Source of the DNA: Ostrea edulis
Taxonomy: Eukaryota
Direction: 5' to 3'
DNA: 64,000 bases
Assembly (NCBI RefSeq): GCF_947568905.1
Contig: NC_079168.1
Location: 22,196,001-22,260,000 of the forward strand
In this document: piece by piece, positions 22,836-36,340 of the stretch
How positions within the stretch are numbered: position 1 is the first letter of the stretch
How the letters are laid out: the number at the start of each line of letters is the position of its first letter
Made by a program: the position numbers and the translations under genes
Notes under the pieces: model-generated
The model's input: only the letters and a program-made list of their open reading frames with translations
What the model was told of the DNA's origin: nothing
Database searches by the model: none

Positions 22836-23485
22836 TATTTACATTCCTCATACTGCATATACCATATCACGAATCCCATAGGGATTTGTTTCATGAATAT
22901 GATGGGGATCGGGTTCCTATAAAAAGTACAGTCATAGAGAATTTAGAAGTATACATTATTTCAAAAATCGTTTCCCTTTCCCGGTGATTTATAATTTATG
23001 TCAAGAATTGAGAATTATTGATTATTCCGATTGCAGAATAAAAGAGAGGTCATCATTTCAACCACTGCATGTATACCATAAGAGATTGGATCAATAGATA
23101 TAAGTAAATGTGAATAGAACTCTCGCTCGGTACCCCCATACCTGTAATAATTTACAAGAACATTTAATTGAAAAAGTGTCGAATATAACACAGTCTGACC
23201 TTGTCCATTTTTACGTATTGTGACGAACCAGTCTGGTATTAGAAATAAAATTAAAGGTAGAGAAATCGAGCGAATAAATCCTTGGTATTGATCAATCTGA
23301 CGACAAAGATTGTAACCAACCACACATAAAAGCTAGGTGCTTTAAATGCCTTTGCAAGCTTGAACACCAGACCCATGTTGTTAAGCGAATGAGCATTTTC
23401 TTCTCGTCATAACATGGATATTTTTCACAGTTATGAAAGGGAATAACCATATATGTATGAAATGGAAATTTAAAAAAAGGTTAAA

Positions 23486-25207
23486 ATGGCGGAAGGCGTA
23501 AACTCCGCGCCGTGTGACTTGTGTCACGGTCAGAACGAAATAAACAGAAAATGTCTGTCCTGTGACGAGTTCATGTGTGAAAACTGCAGCAGGATACATT
23601 TAAAGAGCAGACAGTCACGTGACCATGACATTATAACCATCGCTGATTCTGAAAAGTTGACAGCACTAGTGCCGTACCAGCCCCGCGAAGACGATAATCG
23701 GGAAAACGATTGCGTCAATGAGTTCTGTGACGAGCACGTAGGAGAGAGGTGCATTTTGTTTTGTGTTACTCGTGGGTGCGATTGTCTGGTCTGTCGAGTT
23801 TGTATTTTAGATTATCATCAGGGACACCGCTTCGTTGAAATTGATGATATACTTACGTCATTTAAGCGTCACGAGGCCGAAAGAAGTCGCGATGAAATCG
23901 AAAGCAGCATCCTGCCGTATCTTACTGAGAAGAAAATGCTACTGACTACAGCCAGAGAAAGCGTCTTAAATGACATTCAAAGTAAGAAGGAAACCGTGAA
24001 ACACAGGTACGAGGACCTACGAAAAGAGTTAGATAAACATTATCAAACGACTCTGTCTAGTTTAGCTAATGCTGGCAAAGCCAATATCGAGATCATTGAC
24101 GCGTTAGGAAAGTCTATAGATTTTCACCTAACACGATTGAAAGATATCCTGTCTATTGGCGATAAAAGTGCTGAGAACAGAAATGAGATCGGAGATATAA
24201 AATACGCTCGTAGGTTAGAAAATGACATTGAAAGTACCCCTGAGGTGTTGATACCAAGCTTCAATCGACTCATGTTAAATACGCATGGAAATTGCACAAT
24301 TTCCGATATCTTTGGCGATCTCGAAGAAGTCTTCGAATGCGAACCGGAAGTTATATCAAGGTCACCAACGGGCTTCCCTGAAGTGTCTTCTGTTTGTCCC
24401 GTATCACCATTTGCTGCTTGGCATGGACATTATAAGCATAGAGGAATTCAGCTTTTGGAAGTGGATGAATGTGATCATCTTATTCCCGGTGGCGGATTCG
24501 GAAAATCTGGTGTTTTGAATATGGCTGCTACTCCTGAAGGCGATATATACATGGTGATCTATGGAAGTCATGACGTCATCATGTTAAAAACTGACGGATC
24601 AGTTGAAAAGATTTATGAAACTCGACCATATGTTGCTCTAGGGATTGCAGTTACCAGAAACAGAGACATTTTGCTCTGCCTTGCCGAATCATACCCGAAT
24701 GAAATGAATCCTTCCGGAAAGCGCCGAGTGGCTCGAATAACGAACTTCGGTATTACGCGCCAAATCATTGAAAAAGACACAGAGGGACTCGACATTTTTG
24801 TGTATCCATTCCGTGTAGGCGAAAATATCAATGGTGACATTGGCGTCATTGATCACGTGGGTGACGCGGAAGGAGTACTTGTGACGCTAAATGCGGAAGG
24901 CACCACGAGATTTAAGTATAATGGCTTGGAACAAAACGATGGACAAGTGTGTAATTTGACGGACATAACATTTGACGGAGAGGGGTGCATTCTTATGTCT
25001 GATGTGACTAACCAGTGTATACATATGTTGTCTAAGGACGGGAAATTCCTGCGCTTTATTGATGTGTTCATTTACTATAATACCAAATTGTCCCCCACTA
25101 CTCTTGCTGTTGACTCCTCGGAATGCCTCTGGGTTGGAGGTGTCTCCAAGCATAGATACTTCAATAGAACAGATGCCAATGTTGTACGAGTGAAATATAA
25201 AATGTAA
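23486..25207 (+). CDS. Intronless RING-less TRIM-like protein: two B-box zinc fingers, coiled coil, NHL-type beta-propeller (TRIM2/3/71-like family), 573 aa
   Basis: B-box1 CDLC..CLSCDEFMCENCSRIH..DH; B-box2 CDEH..FC..CDCLVCRVC..H..H; helical region around aa 125-240; propeller blades with NHL-like motifs (YVALGIAV, YPFRVGENINGDIGVID, LTDITFDGEGCILMSD, PTTLAVDSSECLWVG). AATAAA at 25277. Confidence 0.92.
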   Translation: MAEGVNSAPCDLCHGQNEINRKCLSCDEFMCENCSRIHLKSRQSRDHDIITIADSEKLTALVPYQPREDDNRENDCVNEFCDEHVGERCILFCVTRGCDCLVCRVCILDYHQGHRFVEIDDILTSFKRHEAERSRDEIESSILPYLTEKKMLLTTARESVLNDIQSKKETVKHRYEDLRKELDKHYQTTLSSLANAGKANIEIIDALGKSIDFHLTRLKDILSIGDKSAENRNEIGDIKYARRLENDIESTPEVLIPSFNRLMLNTHGNCTISDIFGDLEEVFECEPEVISRSPTGFPEVSSVCPVSPFAAWHGHYKHRGIQLLEVDECDHLIPGGGFGKSGVLNMAATPEGDIYMVIYGSHDVIMLKTDGSVEKIYETRPYVALGIAVTRNRDILLCLAESYPNEMNPSGKRRVARITNFGITRQIIEKDTEGLDIFVYPFRVGENINGDIGVIDHVGDAEGVLVTLNAEGTTRFKYNGLEQNDGQVCNLTDITFDGEGCILMSDVTNQCIHMLSKDGKFLRFIDVFIYYNTKLSPTTLAVDSSECLWVGGVSKHRYFNRTDANVVRVKYKM

Positions 25208-25951
25208 CAGCGTAGTGTCAAACGACTTTATTGAGGAGAACAGTGTATTGTCAACAATCCAGCTTATTTTTTATTTAATAAAGATTCAATTTTACAAACT
25301 ATAATTTATAGTGATAAAAGTGTCAATGAAGTAATGCGATACCAAGTGAAAACTCGTTTTATCAAGGTGTTTTCTAAAAAGAACGATACAAATTTCATTT
25401 ATCTATTGCAGAAAAGATATGAAGGAAGTGAATTTTGAATCACGCCCAGTATGTCGCAGATAGTAAAACGTTTCTACAATGAAACAATAAGCACACGTGT
25501 AGTGCACCCTTGATCACGATCCGGTCAATAGCATCTTGGAAAAATTTGTCTTGTAAAAAATATACCAATATATCTTGGATACATAATGTACCAATCTCTT
25601 TCCAATCCATGTCTATGAAAATAATATCCATCAAACCTGCAGTGCCAATTTCACAATGATAAGTGCTCAAGGAACAAAATATCTTGGTAACACCGTTTTA
25701 TGAATACACCAGGGTAATAAAATTCTACACAAGATTGTATAATGATCCTGTATTGGAGCATTTTGTTGAAATCCCTTATACTTAAAACATGTCGCGCTTG
25801 TAACCTCTCGTGCGACTTGCGCAACTTTTCTATGTCATTAAATTTGATGCAAATGGAAACGATTTGTATAGTTGAGATATTTAAAATGCATTGTATAAAT
25901 TTATTCATATGTAGCATAAATGGAGATGTTTTCAGATATATCGCTAAATAT

Positions 25952-26040
25952 TCCGAGATTCCTCAGACTCTTATCCCCGCTTTTATATAGCGAAATGTCA
26001 TAATATAAAAGCGGGGGGTAAGAGCGGGAGGAATCTCGGA
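25952..26040. repeat. Imperfect inverted repeat (hairpin), probably a MITE remnant
   Basis: tccgagattcctc..ctcttatccccgcttttatat pairs with atataaaagcggggggtaagag..gaggaatctcgga. Confidence 0.7.
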
Positions 26041-26170
26041 TTAACCGCTATATAAAAGTACAAAAACTCCTAAGTCTAATTCATTTACTAGTAGTAGTAT
26101 GTCAAATATACATGTACCTCAAAACATACGGGGATTAAGAATTGTCTATGGATTAATTCAGGGCTACGAA

Positions 26171-26261
26171 CAATCTAATTAAAATTAGATGTTAGATCCG
26201 CTCACATACTCGCTACCCAAACGTATGTGAGCGGATCTAACATCTAATTTTAATTAGATTG
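26171..26261. mobile_element. 91-bp palindromic mini-element with 9-bp TSD (Mutator-like)
   Basis: Perfect 39-bp arms (26171-26209 and 26223-26261) around a 13-nt loop; ggctacgaa at 26162-26170 and 26262-26270. Confidence 0.88.
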
Positions 26262-26617
26262 GGCTACGAAATAACATTTAAAATACGTGTAAACAAGTGT
26301 ACATTCATTTTCTTAAAGTGGCAACTGAAATGATGCTGGGCGGACTTTCATTTTCACAAATTTCGGAACTCCCCTCTTTCTTCAATGCAGAATGATATTT
26401 AGGTACAAAGAATTCCTTTGATTTTTCTCATTTAGAATATTTGTTTGGCGGGATCGCCTATTCAGTCTGTTGCGCAAAGCGTGGATCTTCTATTTGTTTA
26501 GACATCTGTATAAACTGAAGAGAAGAGAGAATTAATATTTCAACGCTAAGCCGTGTTAGGTACCAGTCTGTCTTCTACGAGAATGTTTATTCTTGATTTT
26601 CTTAAACGGTAAAGGGT

Positions 26618-26621
<4 letters not shown>

Positions 26622-26660
<39 letters not shown>
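26622..26660. repeat. (GA)n microsatellite
   Basis: Uninterrupted AG run. Confidence 0.95.
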
Positions 26661-26664
<4 letters not shown>

Positions 26665-29487
26665 TACTCATTACAAGCGATGAAATCAGTAATAAGATTC
26701 TATCTTTTAACAATTTGATAATCCACAGGAATTTTCCTGCACACAATATTTGTATTTTGGGGATCATACACGTTTCCCGCAGCTGTCGTTGCTGACTGGG
26801 TACTTCAATTGATGGCTGAAACAATTGCTGAAACAGTTGCGTCTCTGTAATTATTTATCTCTATGCTCCTTCAGATTTGCATCTCTTTTTGCTTTAAACT
26901 TACGGAACGCTGAAGCTTCCTTGATTTTATTTTTTGGGGCAGCCTGGCCGAAAAATGCTTCAAGTGCTGATCAAATAGTGAGTCACCTAAACAAAATATA
27001 AAAGATTAAGGATTGTCTTGGGATGTTAGAAAAATTAGTACACGCTATCCGGTCTTTTCGTTCCAGTGCATTTCGCCGACTTAGGACCATCATTAGCTGG
27101 TGGGAACCTATCCTGGGCTAATCTCCATGTTTTGTCTCTACTTAGACACCTGTACAACAACTATATTAACCGGTGTAGTTTGTCCATCATCACAATCTGT
27201 GTTTGGCAGTCCTCCATTTGTTTTTATGAACATCGTATATATTTATAATGTAAACCTTCCCTGTGTTACCAAAACAACTGAAATGAACTCAGAATATTTC
27301 TAGAACACAAAGGGGTCGCGTCCTTCAGGCAGAACTTTGATCCCGGTATTAGGTAGTAAAACTGCTGCATTTATGGTATGTTACACGACGGACAAATATG
27401 GATGACTAGTGCTCTTTGGTTGTTTTCATTCCATTCCTATGTTAATGAAGAGGCTGATTTAATAACACAAAGATTGAAATTGTTTATGGGATTATCATTC
27501 GCAAATTTTGAAAGTAACCTGAAATAACGTTCCTCTAAAAGACTAGGGGTTGTAACGCGGTGCGTTGTACGCCTCCATTTTTATTTACGAGTCTGTGGCA
27601 GTCATTGAGAAAAATAAATCTCCGCTGTGTTCATCCTATATTCTTCATCTCTGCAATTACCGGGAAGTTTAAACATTAACGTGATATTAATAATTCAACT
27701 ACATAAGAGTTTGGTTTCCAAAACTTCGGCTGTGTGCCGAAAATCTGTCAGATTCCATTTCTAGACGTACGCTCCGAGGTGTTACTTGGTTTTCTACTAC
27801 ATCTATAAACTACAATCATCTGAAAGCCATGCGACGGAGCACGGCAGAATAATAGTAAAACAGACAATCATTTGTCTTCATGTTCCGACTATTTGACTTC
27901 ATACTTAAGAGTATGCTGTAATGCAATACCTTCTCTCTACCGAACTGTACGTTTGGTAACGTTTTAACCATTGCCCAAAGTTAGATAGAGAAAAACTCAT
28001 TATAATCGTCTTTGAATGACAAAAAAAAATCTTATCGTCGACACGTTCCAAGGACTGTATAAAAGAATACGTATTTTATCGAAAATGAGAAAATAACGGT
28101 TGTGACGTCATGAAGATAAATTGGGCATGTCGTGGTAATTTGCTTTTTCTTGGTTACATGATTGTCACTAGACAAATCGACCACATATATTTTGTATACG
28201 TCGGGAAAAAAACAGCATAAATATTGCACTGATAGAATTTAAGATTCAATTAAGTCAATTTAGTTGCGAAGATTTGTGTAATTTTCTGTTCATTTATTTT
28301 ATCTAAGTTTCCTTTGATACGATTTACAACTATGTTAACATTCAATAGAATTCTTCTAACATCCGGGCGTGTTCTGGAACAGAAGGATTCAAATATTTTG
28401 AACAGTCCTTGGAGACTCAAATAATTTTCATGAATACCTGGATGAGAGCGAAGGCCATCAGCTTTGTCGTAATGGTTGCGGGTGGGAGTGTATCGGTGTT
28501 CGGACAAAAGGTGCCATAATGATAAATTTGTTTCATTTCAGTCTGTGTCCAGTTCAAAATAAATATGCGTGTCGTTTTGGAACATATCGCTTGATAGGGT
28601 TGTCATAATACGACAAAACATAGCTTGTCACGAGGATAAAACAGTCCACTTTTCTCTATTTTTCGTCAATTTGCGCCGGGAGCTTCATTAGGACTAGAAC
28701 GATCAAGGTAAGAGATAGCAAAACTGTTTCAATAGATTTTGATTGTTATCAAATTGAAATTCAAACATGGAAGTTAAATTTAAAGTTATAATGATTATAT
28801 ATCGTATTCGTGTGGCGTTAATTGCAACTTGACTCTCAGTTAAGTAAAAGTTAAGTAACTAACTATTGCTGGACCCAGTTGCACACAAGTCAGCTAAATT
28901 TGATTGACAGGTATTCGATATTAACTCTGACGTTTATATATGTTAATTGTCAGTAGAATTTCCGCAGCTTGATTAAGTTTATTGTGGGGGGGGGGGGGGG
29001 GGGGGAGGGGAGGGGATTCGTATGTTATTGGCATTTCAGCATACCTCGCTTAACAGTGCATTGACACGCCGCGTTGTGTGATGAAATAGAGAGGAAACAC
29101 AAAACTGATTTTTCACTGATATCTCGTCGCGTCAACTTTCAAGATGGGTTCAATTTCTTCGTTGTTGTATTATTATCAATACAAATTCGCAATATCCCTA
29201 GCCATGTCCACACATGCAGGACGTCCTATGGACACGTGCGTCCTTTGCTGCAGTCAATAATTCAAAGTTTCGTCCCTGTGCTTTTAATGCTTGGATCAAT
29301 CCTAATATACTCTGTGGCTGATTATCAGCACACAAACAATAAAGATAACTTTAACGGATAATTTATTTATTTATATTTATTTATTTATTTATTTATTTTT
29401 TGTGGGTATAATGTATGTATTAGTATAGTTTGTGAAAGAAGTTAGCTGAAATAGTGTACATTTTGCAAAGATACATGTATGTTAAGT

Positions 29488-29920
29488 CAGTGGCGGATTT
29501 AAGGGGGCGCAGCCGGCCCCCCTCACCCCCCTAAAATTTTCAAATTTAAGGTAAATCGTGGTATCTTGTTTAGAAAAATGTACTAAATGATAAAAGAAGC
29601 AATGATTTCTTCTACTCCTGGAGAAATAAATGACATAATCTTTTGATTTCTTGAATAACTTCATTGGGAGAACTTAATTTTTTCCCCAAAAACCCCTAAA
29701 ATTTGCGTCATATTATTAATTTCACCTTATTAGAAATGATAGAAAATAGTACAAATGACTAAATAGGAGACATATTTCAAGCCCTCTAAATCTGTAAAAA
29801 TCCAGGAGCTTCCGGGGGCTTCGCCCCCTGGGCCCCACCTCAAGGCGGCTCCCAGACCCCCTGTCTCATAAAGTGGTGCCCCCCCCCCCCCCGTAACTGC
29901 AAATCCTGGATCCGCCCCTG
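29488..29920. mobile_element. MITE with CAG(T/G)GGCGGAT TIR and 5-bp TSD
   Basis: cagtggcggatt ... gatccgcccctg; taagt at 29483-29487 and 29921-29925; internal GC-rich gggggc/gccccc motifs. Confidence 0.85.
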
Positions 29921-32900
29921 TAAGTGTCATGTTAAACGAGTCCGAATATTGTCAGGATAATTCAGCTTCCTAATAGACACTGCCACAAGTAACAAGGAAA
30001 TATTGAAGCTGTTGAAGGTTATTTTGTTTTCCATGCGGACTCGTAAAAATAAGCGCAAAGAACTCTTAATTCTTAGTGAATGTAAATTCTTGATTGAGAC
30101 GATATTTTTGAATTACGTTACATATTTCAGCTAAAGATTAATGGTACCCAAATCATTATAAAACCTCCGTTGCATTGTGCTGGGTCTATTCATGACCGGA
30201 ACTTGTTATTTACAGTGTAGCAAGCTGACCTGGGTCCGAGAACTGACCGCGATCTTTTTCTCCTTAACATGATTAATACCTGTCATTAATTTCTGTGTCA
30301 AACCGCCTGGTTGACTCCGGTAATAGGTATGCGTATACACGAGCAACACAAAATACTTGGGAATTCATTTGTGAATACGTACAACCATTTAACCTTAATT
30401 TTCAATGATCAATAAGGTTCCCTTTCTTGTTCCGTAAATTTCATTTCACTCCATAAAACAGGGGATATACGTCTTTGCGTATTTGCATCTCTTTAGTTGT
30501 TGGCAGAAGACATCTTTTTAAACTTGCATTCAGATTGTTTGTACAACATCTCCGGTTTTTAGGGAGAAGTTTTGCTGATATTCATCTCATCTACTTATCA
30601 CCTGTTTAAAACGACTTTCGACACCTTCCACGAGTAAAAAGAAGACACCAGCCTGCGGTGCTTCGTTCGGAGTCTGATTGTCTTCATTCACCATCTCATT
30701 ACCACATAAAAAAAAATCCCTGGTGCCATTACATTATCATGACCATCTCATTAATTCGTTGCTCAAGAATCATCATGCATTGTCTCCAATATTAATTTCA
30801 TATCACCATCCATGGCGGAGTGGAAAACACGTGCCTCAAACGGCAACGTGACTTCAAGCGCTTTTAAAAATATTTTTGGGGATAAAAATCTGAAAATCAT
30901 ATGACACATGATCAAATTATGTGGGAGATAGCGATGAAACATTAGCATACAATTGATGAATGAGCTCGTGTTACGTTAGATATCCATCGGTTCAAAGGTT
31001 CAGCATCCATGCTCCTTTATAATGGACGAGACTGGCCCGTTGTATGTAATTGTATATTGCAAAGGTCATTCTTTTTCTATTGACACATACAACCCATAAC
31101 ATTGAGAAATGTTCCATTTTATATATATTTACTTTCTAGTCAGTATCTTAATTTTTTTCTCAATATATAGCGGTAATTTTGTTCATGTACAAAAGTTCAG
31201 ATGCGATGCTTATAAAAACAATACTGACTTGTCTCAATAGACATAAAAAAACCCCGAAAAATTAGTAGATTTACAACACATACTGTAATAGTCTATTTTA
31301 AAAGGTTCAATACAACATTTATACACCCTCTGATGTCTGAAAACACGGAGAACGAGAGAGAGAGAGAGGGGGGGGGGGGAGGCAGTGAATTAAGACAGAT
31401 ATTTCTTGTGTCCGCAAATGTATTTTTAAAAGTAAATACGCCGTTAATCAGAAAAACTGAATGAAAAACGCCCTATTTCTGTATCTTAAAAAAAAACCCA
31501 GATTCTTCAACAAAGATGTACGGAAACAGAAGGCATCTATAGTAGGGGGTATGACATTTTACATAAAAACAGCCACATTTTAATATATTTTTTCATGCGA
31601 ACGCTATCTGTGTTTAAAATTTCTTTGAAGAAAGTTAAGAAACCTAACACCAATACCTTGATATGATAATAAATTAGTTTATTGAACATATCAAATGAAG
31701 GTGCCCAAAGAGTGCAAACCTCTCTGGTACAAGATCATATGGTTAGATATTACAGTCGCATGAACGCACCACCAGCAACAAGACCCTAAGCCGTCTTGCT
31801 GTTCAGAACCATCGAGTCCCCATGACCGATTTTGCATCTTGTTATTATATCATTGATGCGGAAGTAAAATAATTATATACTACCTCTTTTTCATAGCTAA
31901 TTTCAACAGACAGCCGCTTGTCTTCACACTTGAAGACGTCATTACCTGCACACATGTGGACAATCACGGGCTTCTCAAAATACGTTGCCATCAATCGTAG
32001 CCATCTTGTCTTGCAATAGAGTTCTACTTTTGTTGCAAGATGGTCTTTGGCAAAATCCCTGTTTTCCAAAGAATGGAGTGACGCTGTAAGTCTTTTTTTC
32101 TCTCGCTGATTTTACGTCTATATAGCCATTAGAGCATAATACAAGTCATCCAGTATCATTCAAATGGATTTCTGGATAAACCCAGATTCGTGCGTTGCCG
32201 ATTTGTTGCAGATGACATTTTGATCGAGTCCAGGGCTAGAAAGTCGAATCTTTAGAGTGTTAAAAGGCCTTTATTATCACTATATACATTGTCTACCGGA
32301 AATCGAATTACCTACGCTCTCTAGATTCACAACCGAAGAATATATTTCAAAGTGATAGCAGTGGTGCCAGCTCGGATGACGGAAAATGATTTTAACCAAA
32401 TCCTTTGATTGTTTGTTCAACAGTCAATTTTTATGAGGATAATTATCTTATTCGTATAATGTTATTTAATTTTTACTCTCAACAAAGATATTTCAAGAGT
32501 GACTTAAATCTTCTCCAGTGTTTTATGAGGACGTGAAATTGACACTTCAGACTCGGACCTTTCGGGGGATGTTAATTTCTTTTTGCCCACAAGTGGGTCC
32601 TTGAAGTCTTCCGGGCTACCGAACCGTATGGGGTGTCCCAAAAGGCCACCCAGTGCTCACGATAACTGTAAAACTTCACAAAAGAGGGAATATTTAAACA
32701 AGTGGATATTGTGTATCGATGAAAAGACGGAAAATTAATATAAGGTGTAATCGTCAAATACGAAAAGCCGTCACAGAGGTAACGCCGCACGGACTTTTAT
32801 ATCTTCAACAAAAGAAAGACGTCGCCCCTTCAGCTGTTTGAAATCAAAATTAAGCCGCATGAGGCAAGGTAAATTCATTACTTATCTAACAGAGCCTGAT

Positions 32901-35611
32901 ATTCTTCTTCTACCCATCTCTGTTACGAGGGTTTGCGATGAAACTTAGCGTTTACTTTTGCTCGATAAATAAACTCCGCGGGTCACTGAGGGACGTATTG
33001 GGGAGGTGGATAGGTCGCTGGGCTGCTCAGCTGAGAGCAAAACTCTCCCTTCTGTTTGTTTCTTCTTTATGTAGTATAAAAAAAAAACATAGCAAAATGA
33101 TATATTTTTCGAATAAGGATGTTTAAACATTATTTTCAAGAGGGTAAGTCATGATAATTTAGATTTTAAAATTTGGAATTATTTTTTTGAAATACATGTA
33201 TATTTTTAAAAATAACACAGATCTACCATGATTGTTTGATGGCTTATTTTCATTCAATATTGTGACGCATGCTTTTTTCTTCTTCCGTGTTGCCGATTTT
33301 TCGCAGAATACATACTATTATAATTTTACAAGATAGCTCATGTCATATTACTTATTAGTTTAACTCCCCTTTTGAAAATTCCATATATTGATGCATGTCT
33401 TTGCCACATCAACAGTTTTGCTTGAATACAACCCTATGGTTTTTATGAAATACTTGGTGTCATATTAGTTTACAAAATGCACTGTAAATTAAAGTTTCAT
33501 TTGTTGCCTAAACAACATTGGATTTTGATTTTAGTTGTTTTGTTTTTTTTGTTTTTGTTTTTACATCTTAAGAATGATTTAAATGTGTGTGTCATGCCTA
33601 TCATCTCTATGTGATGTTATTCAAAATAAAATTGTAGTTTATGCATTTTTTTAAGGTGAATAATTTTTCTAAAGTGATGGATAAAGAAAAAGTATATCTT
33701 ACACCATAATATTCATCGAGAGCTACCCTCTCTTTGTCTCGTTGGAATATTTTAAGATCAATTAAAAAACAAATAACTGATTAAGATGCTGTAGAAGTCT
33801 GGGTTCAATCTCAGTTCAATTTGTGTCAAGAAGTAAACTTTTTAAATAATCATAAAAAAATGCATTGCTTTGAGTGATAGCAACACATTTCTAGGTTTTG
33901 ATTTAGAGTCTTGTCCCGAAGAGTTAATTAGGAAACGTTTGTTTATTTGGATCATGAATTCCCGGAAGAGGCTACTAGAAAAAACCACGAGTGTTTTCTG
34001 GCGCGTTCAATCTCCCTCCTAAGTGAATTTCCATGTGAACATATCACCACCATAGGTAAACATGGACGTTACTATTCCAAACTCTTCGTGAATGAAGCAT
34101 TCATATATTTCGTCTACCGTGCTACCGGTTGACTTAGAAGGTGCAATTTTCTGCACAATTGCCTTCCGTTACAAGATGATTTAGCTTCGTGGTTGCTAAG
34201 TCATTTCATGGTAAAAGCTTTTCCGTCTGTTAACAGCAACCCCGGAATGACATTTATCAAATTCCACTGTAGAATTTTCAAGATGTTCCAGATTTACGGG
34301 ATAGTTAAAACCCCGCACAAAATATTAATGACTGTTAAATTCACTACTTAGATACTAGGTTATGACATCTACATGACATGGTATCGGACAGATCAATAAT
34401 AATGATGAAAAATATCATAAGTAGAAAGTTTTCTTGGGTTCCAGAGCTCATTTTATCGGCAACATAATATTTTACGTCTGGTCCAAAGAGATATATACAT
34501 GTGGTATATCTTTATAGAAATGTTCTCTGAAATGAAAATGAATGTCAAATGTCAAGAATTGCCATTAACCTTAAATGAGGATTTTTTCCCCTTCAAATTT
34601 ATTGCCTGTTGTTGATAGTATTTAGATTTACATCCCTTTGACCAGACCTCAGAATATGATAGAGGGGTTTTAAAGAAATGAAAGAGAACAGAAATAGGAT
34701 ATATTAAAATAATCTTTATATTTGATAGATCCTGCAGAAAGCTGTGTTAAGAGATCACTCAACAGAGGTGTGTCTAATGACAAATGAATCCGGGTTCATG
34801 ACGAGCTGCAAAAGATTATCAGAAATCAAATTTAGTGCTTCATTTGTTACAAAAATAACGAGAGATCAGAAGGCAATCATTCACAGATGGATAAGACGCA
34901 TGCGTGCGTCGCGTGTGTCTGCTATTGCAGTAAATGCGACCTTTCTGTACTATTGCCATTGTGTTGTTGTTGGGTTTTTTCGGGGGGGAGGGGGGTTGGT
35001 CTTGTGATTCATATCGGTATCATTTAAAGAATTTGCTGGATTTCAATAAACTCATACATCAAATAGCCAATCAAAACGTTGGGGAAAAAAACCCACCCCA
35101 AACTTATGAAAGTTAATATTTGATTTTCCGGAAAATTCATGTTTGCCGTCATCGCGTGAATTTACTTGTACACATGTTGACATTGACGCGGGAAAGTTTT
35201 GCCCTTTTCTGGTATTTTTCTAAATTTTATTATAGAATAGAATATGATTTATTTCCAAATTAGGGCCCTCTCGGGCATACAGCATACATGCTTGTTAACA
35301 TTATATATATGTTTACACGCACTGTACTATAACAAGCAAAGGCTGGCAGCTGGTGGGCTCGAAGACGTGGGATACTGGATAGCTCGATAGATTGTGATTT
35401 GAAAGACACGTGATGGGTGGAATTATGGTAGATAGTACTAGATTACCGGATATCACTATCAATATTCCTTAAAAATTATCTATTTAAAAAAGATACTGTT
35501 TGTAAAGTGAAATTGAGCGTAGAATTCTTACCAGAATTAAGAAATTCGGGGCAGGGCTAGGTAAAAAAAATTGTATTGTATCAATATGTACACTGATAAA
35601 AATCCTGATCA

Positions 35612-35648
<37 letters not shown>

Positions 35649-35974
35649 ATAAAAGAATCTCCACTGCACAAATTCTTCTTTTCATCAACAGTAAAATTGT
35701 CAATAGTTATTTATTGGTCTCGTAAATTTCATGCAACCTGATGAAAGACTGCATCAGACTCGGAGGATTGTTTAGAACTATGCCTTAATGTTTTTGTTTT
35801 TGTTCATGTCCAGTAAATGTTTGAAAATTGTTGACCCCACCCCTGAACCTGTCCCTGATTTTAGTATACATTGTAACTCTATTTGTTTGCGACAGGCTTG
35901 TACAATTTGTGTTGGATTTTACAGGTACATGTATATATTAGTAACCAGTACATAGTGTATATGGGAATGGAAAG

Positions 35975-36340
35975 ATGGATGGGAAACCTAAGTCCTCGCA
36001 TCCCTCTGGCATTCCAATCCCACGTCGGATTCGGAGAAGTGCATCCCAAACCATATCCCCTAGATTGTCTAGAAGAGACCAATATCAAAGTCAGGCACAG
36101 GACCAGAGAGATCAACGCTGGGAATCTGGCTCCGAAGAAGGGAGGGAGGCCAAGGCTCCATTGCTGAAACAGCTTCACTACACCCAAAAGAGGCTGCTAC
36201 AGTCTTCTGATAGCCTTGGCCTGCAAACAAAAGTTAGAAAAGGAGGTGTTTCTGAAAACGTCCTGAGGCAATCTGTGTCATGTGGTAAATTGGTGACTAA
36301 ACAACCTCAAGGATCAGCAGAAACAGAGGGTGACAACCAG
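35975..36340 (+). CDS. KIF26: Probable first coding exon (122 codons) of the KIF26-like gene; disordered Ser/Arg-rich N-terminus
   Basis: In-frame upstream stop at 35942; ATG at 35975; open to cag|gtaagt at 36341 (phase 0); acceptor ttttacag| at 35924. The link to the 57406 exon rests only on matching phase 0 and the lack of a better exon in between. Confidence 0.5.

Noticed and set aside
27066-27303. Possible exon after cttttcgttccag at 27066
   Set aside because: No partner exons and no recognisable protein.
30540-32800. Protein-like minus-strand fragments (31845..32069, 30763..30948, 32572..32790) as a gene or pseudogene
   Set aside because: In-frame stops lie directly upstream, there is no consistent splice chain and no recognisable domain. 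A tBLASTx search would be needed.
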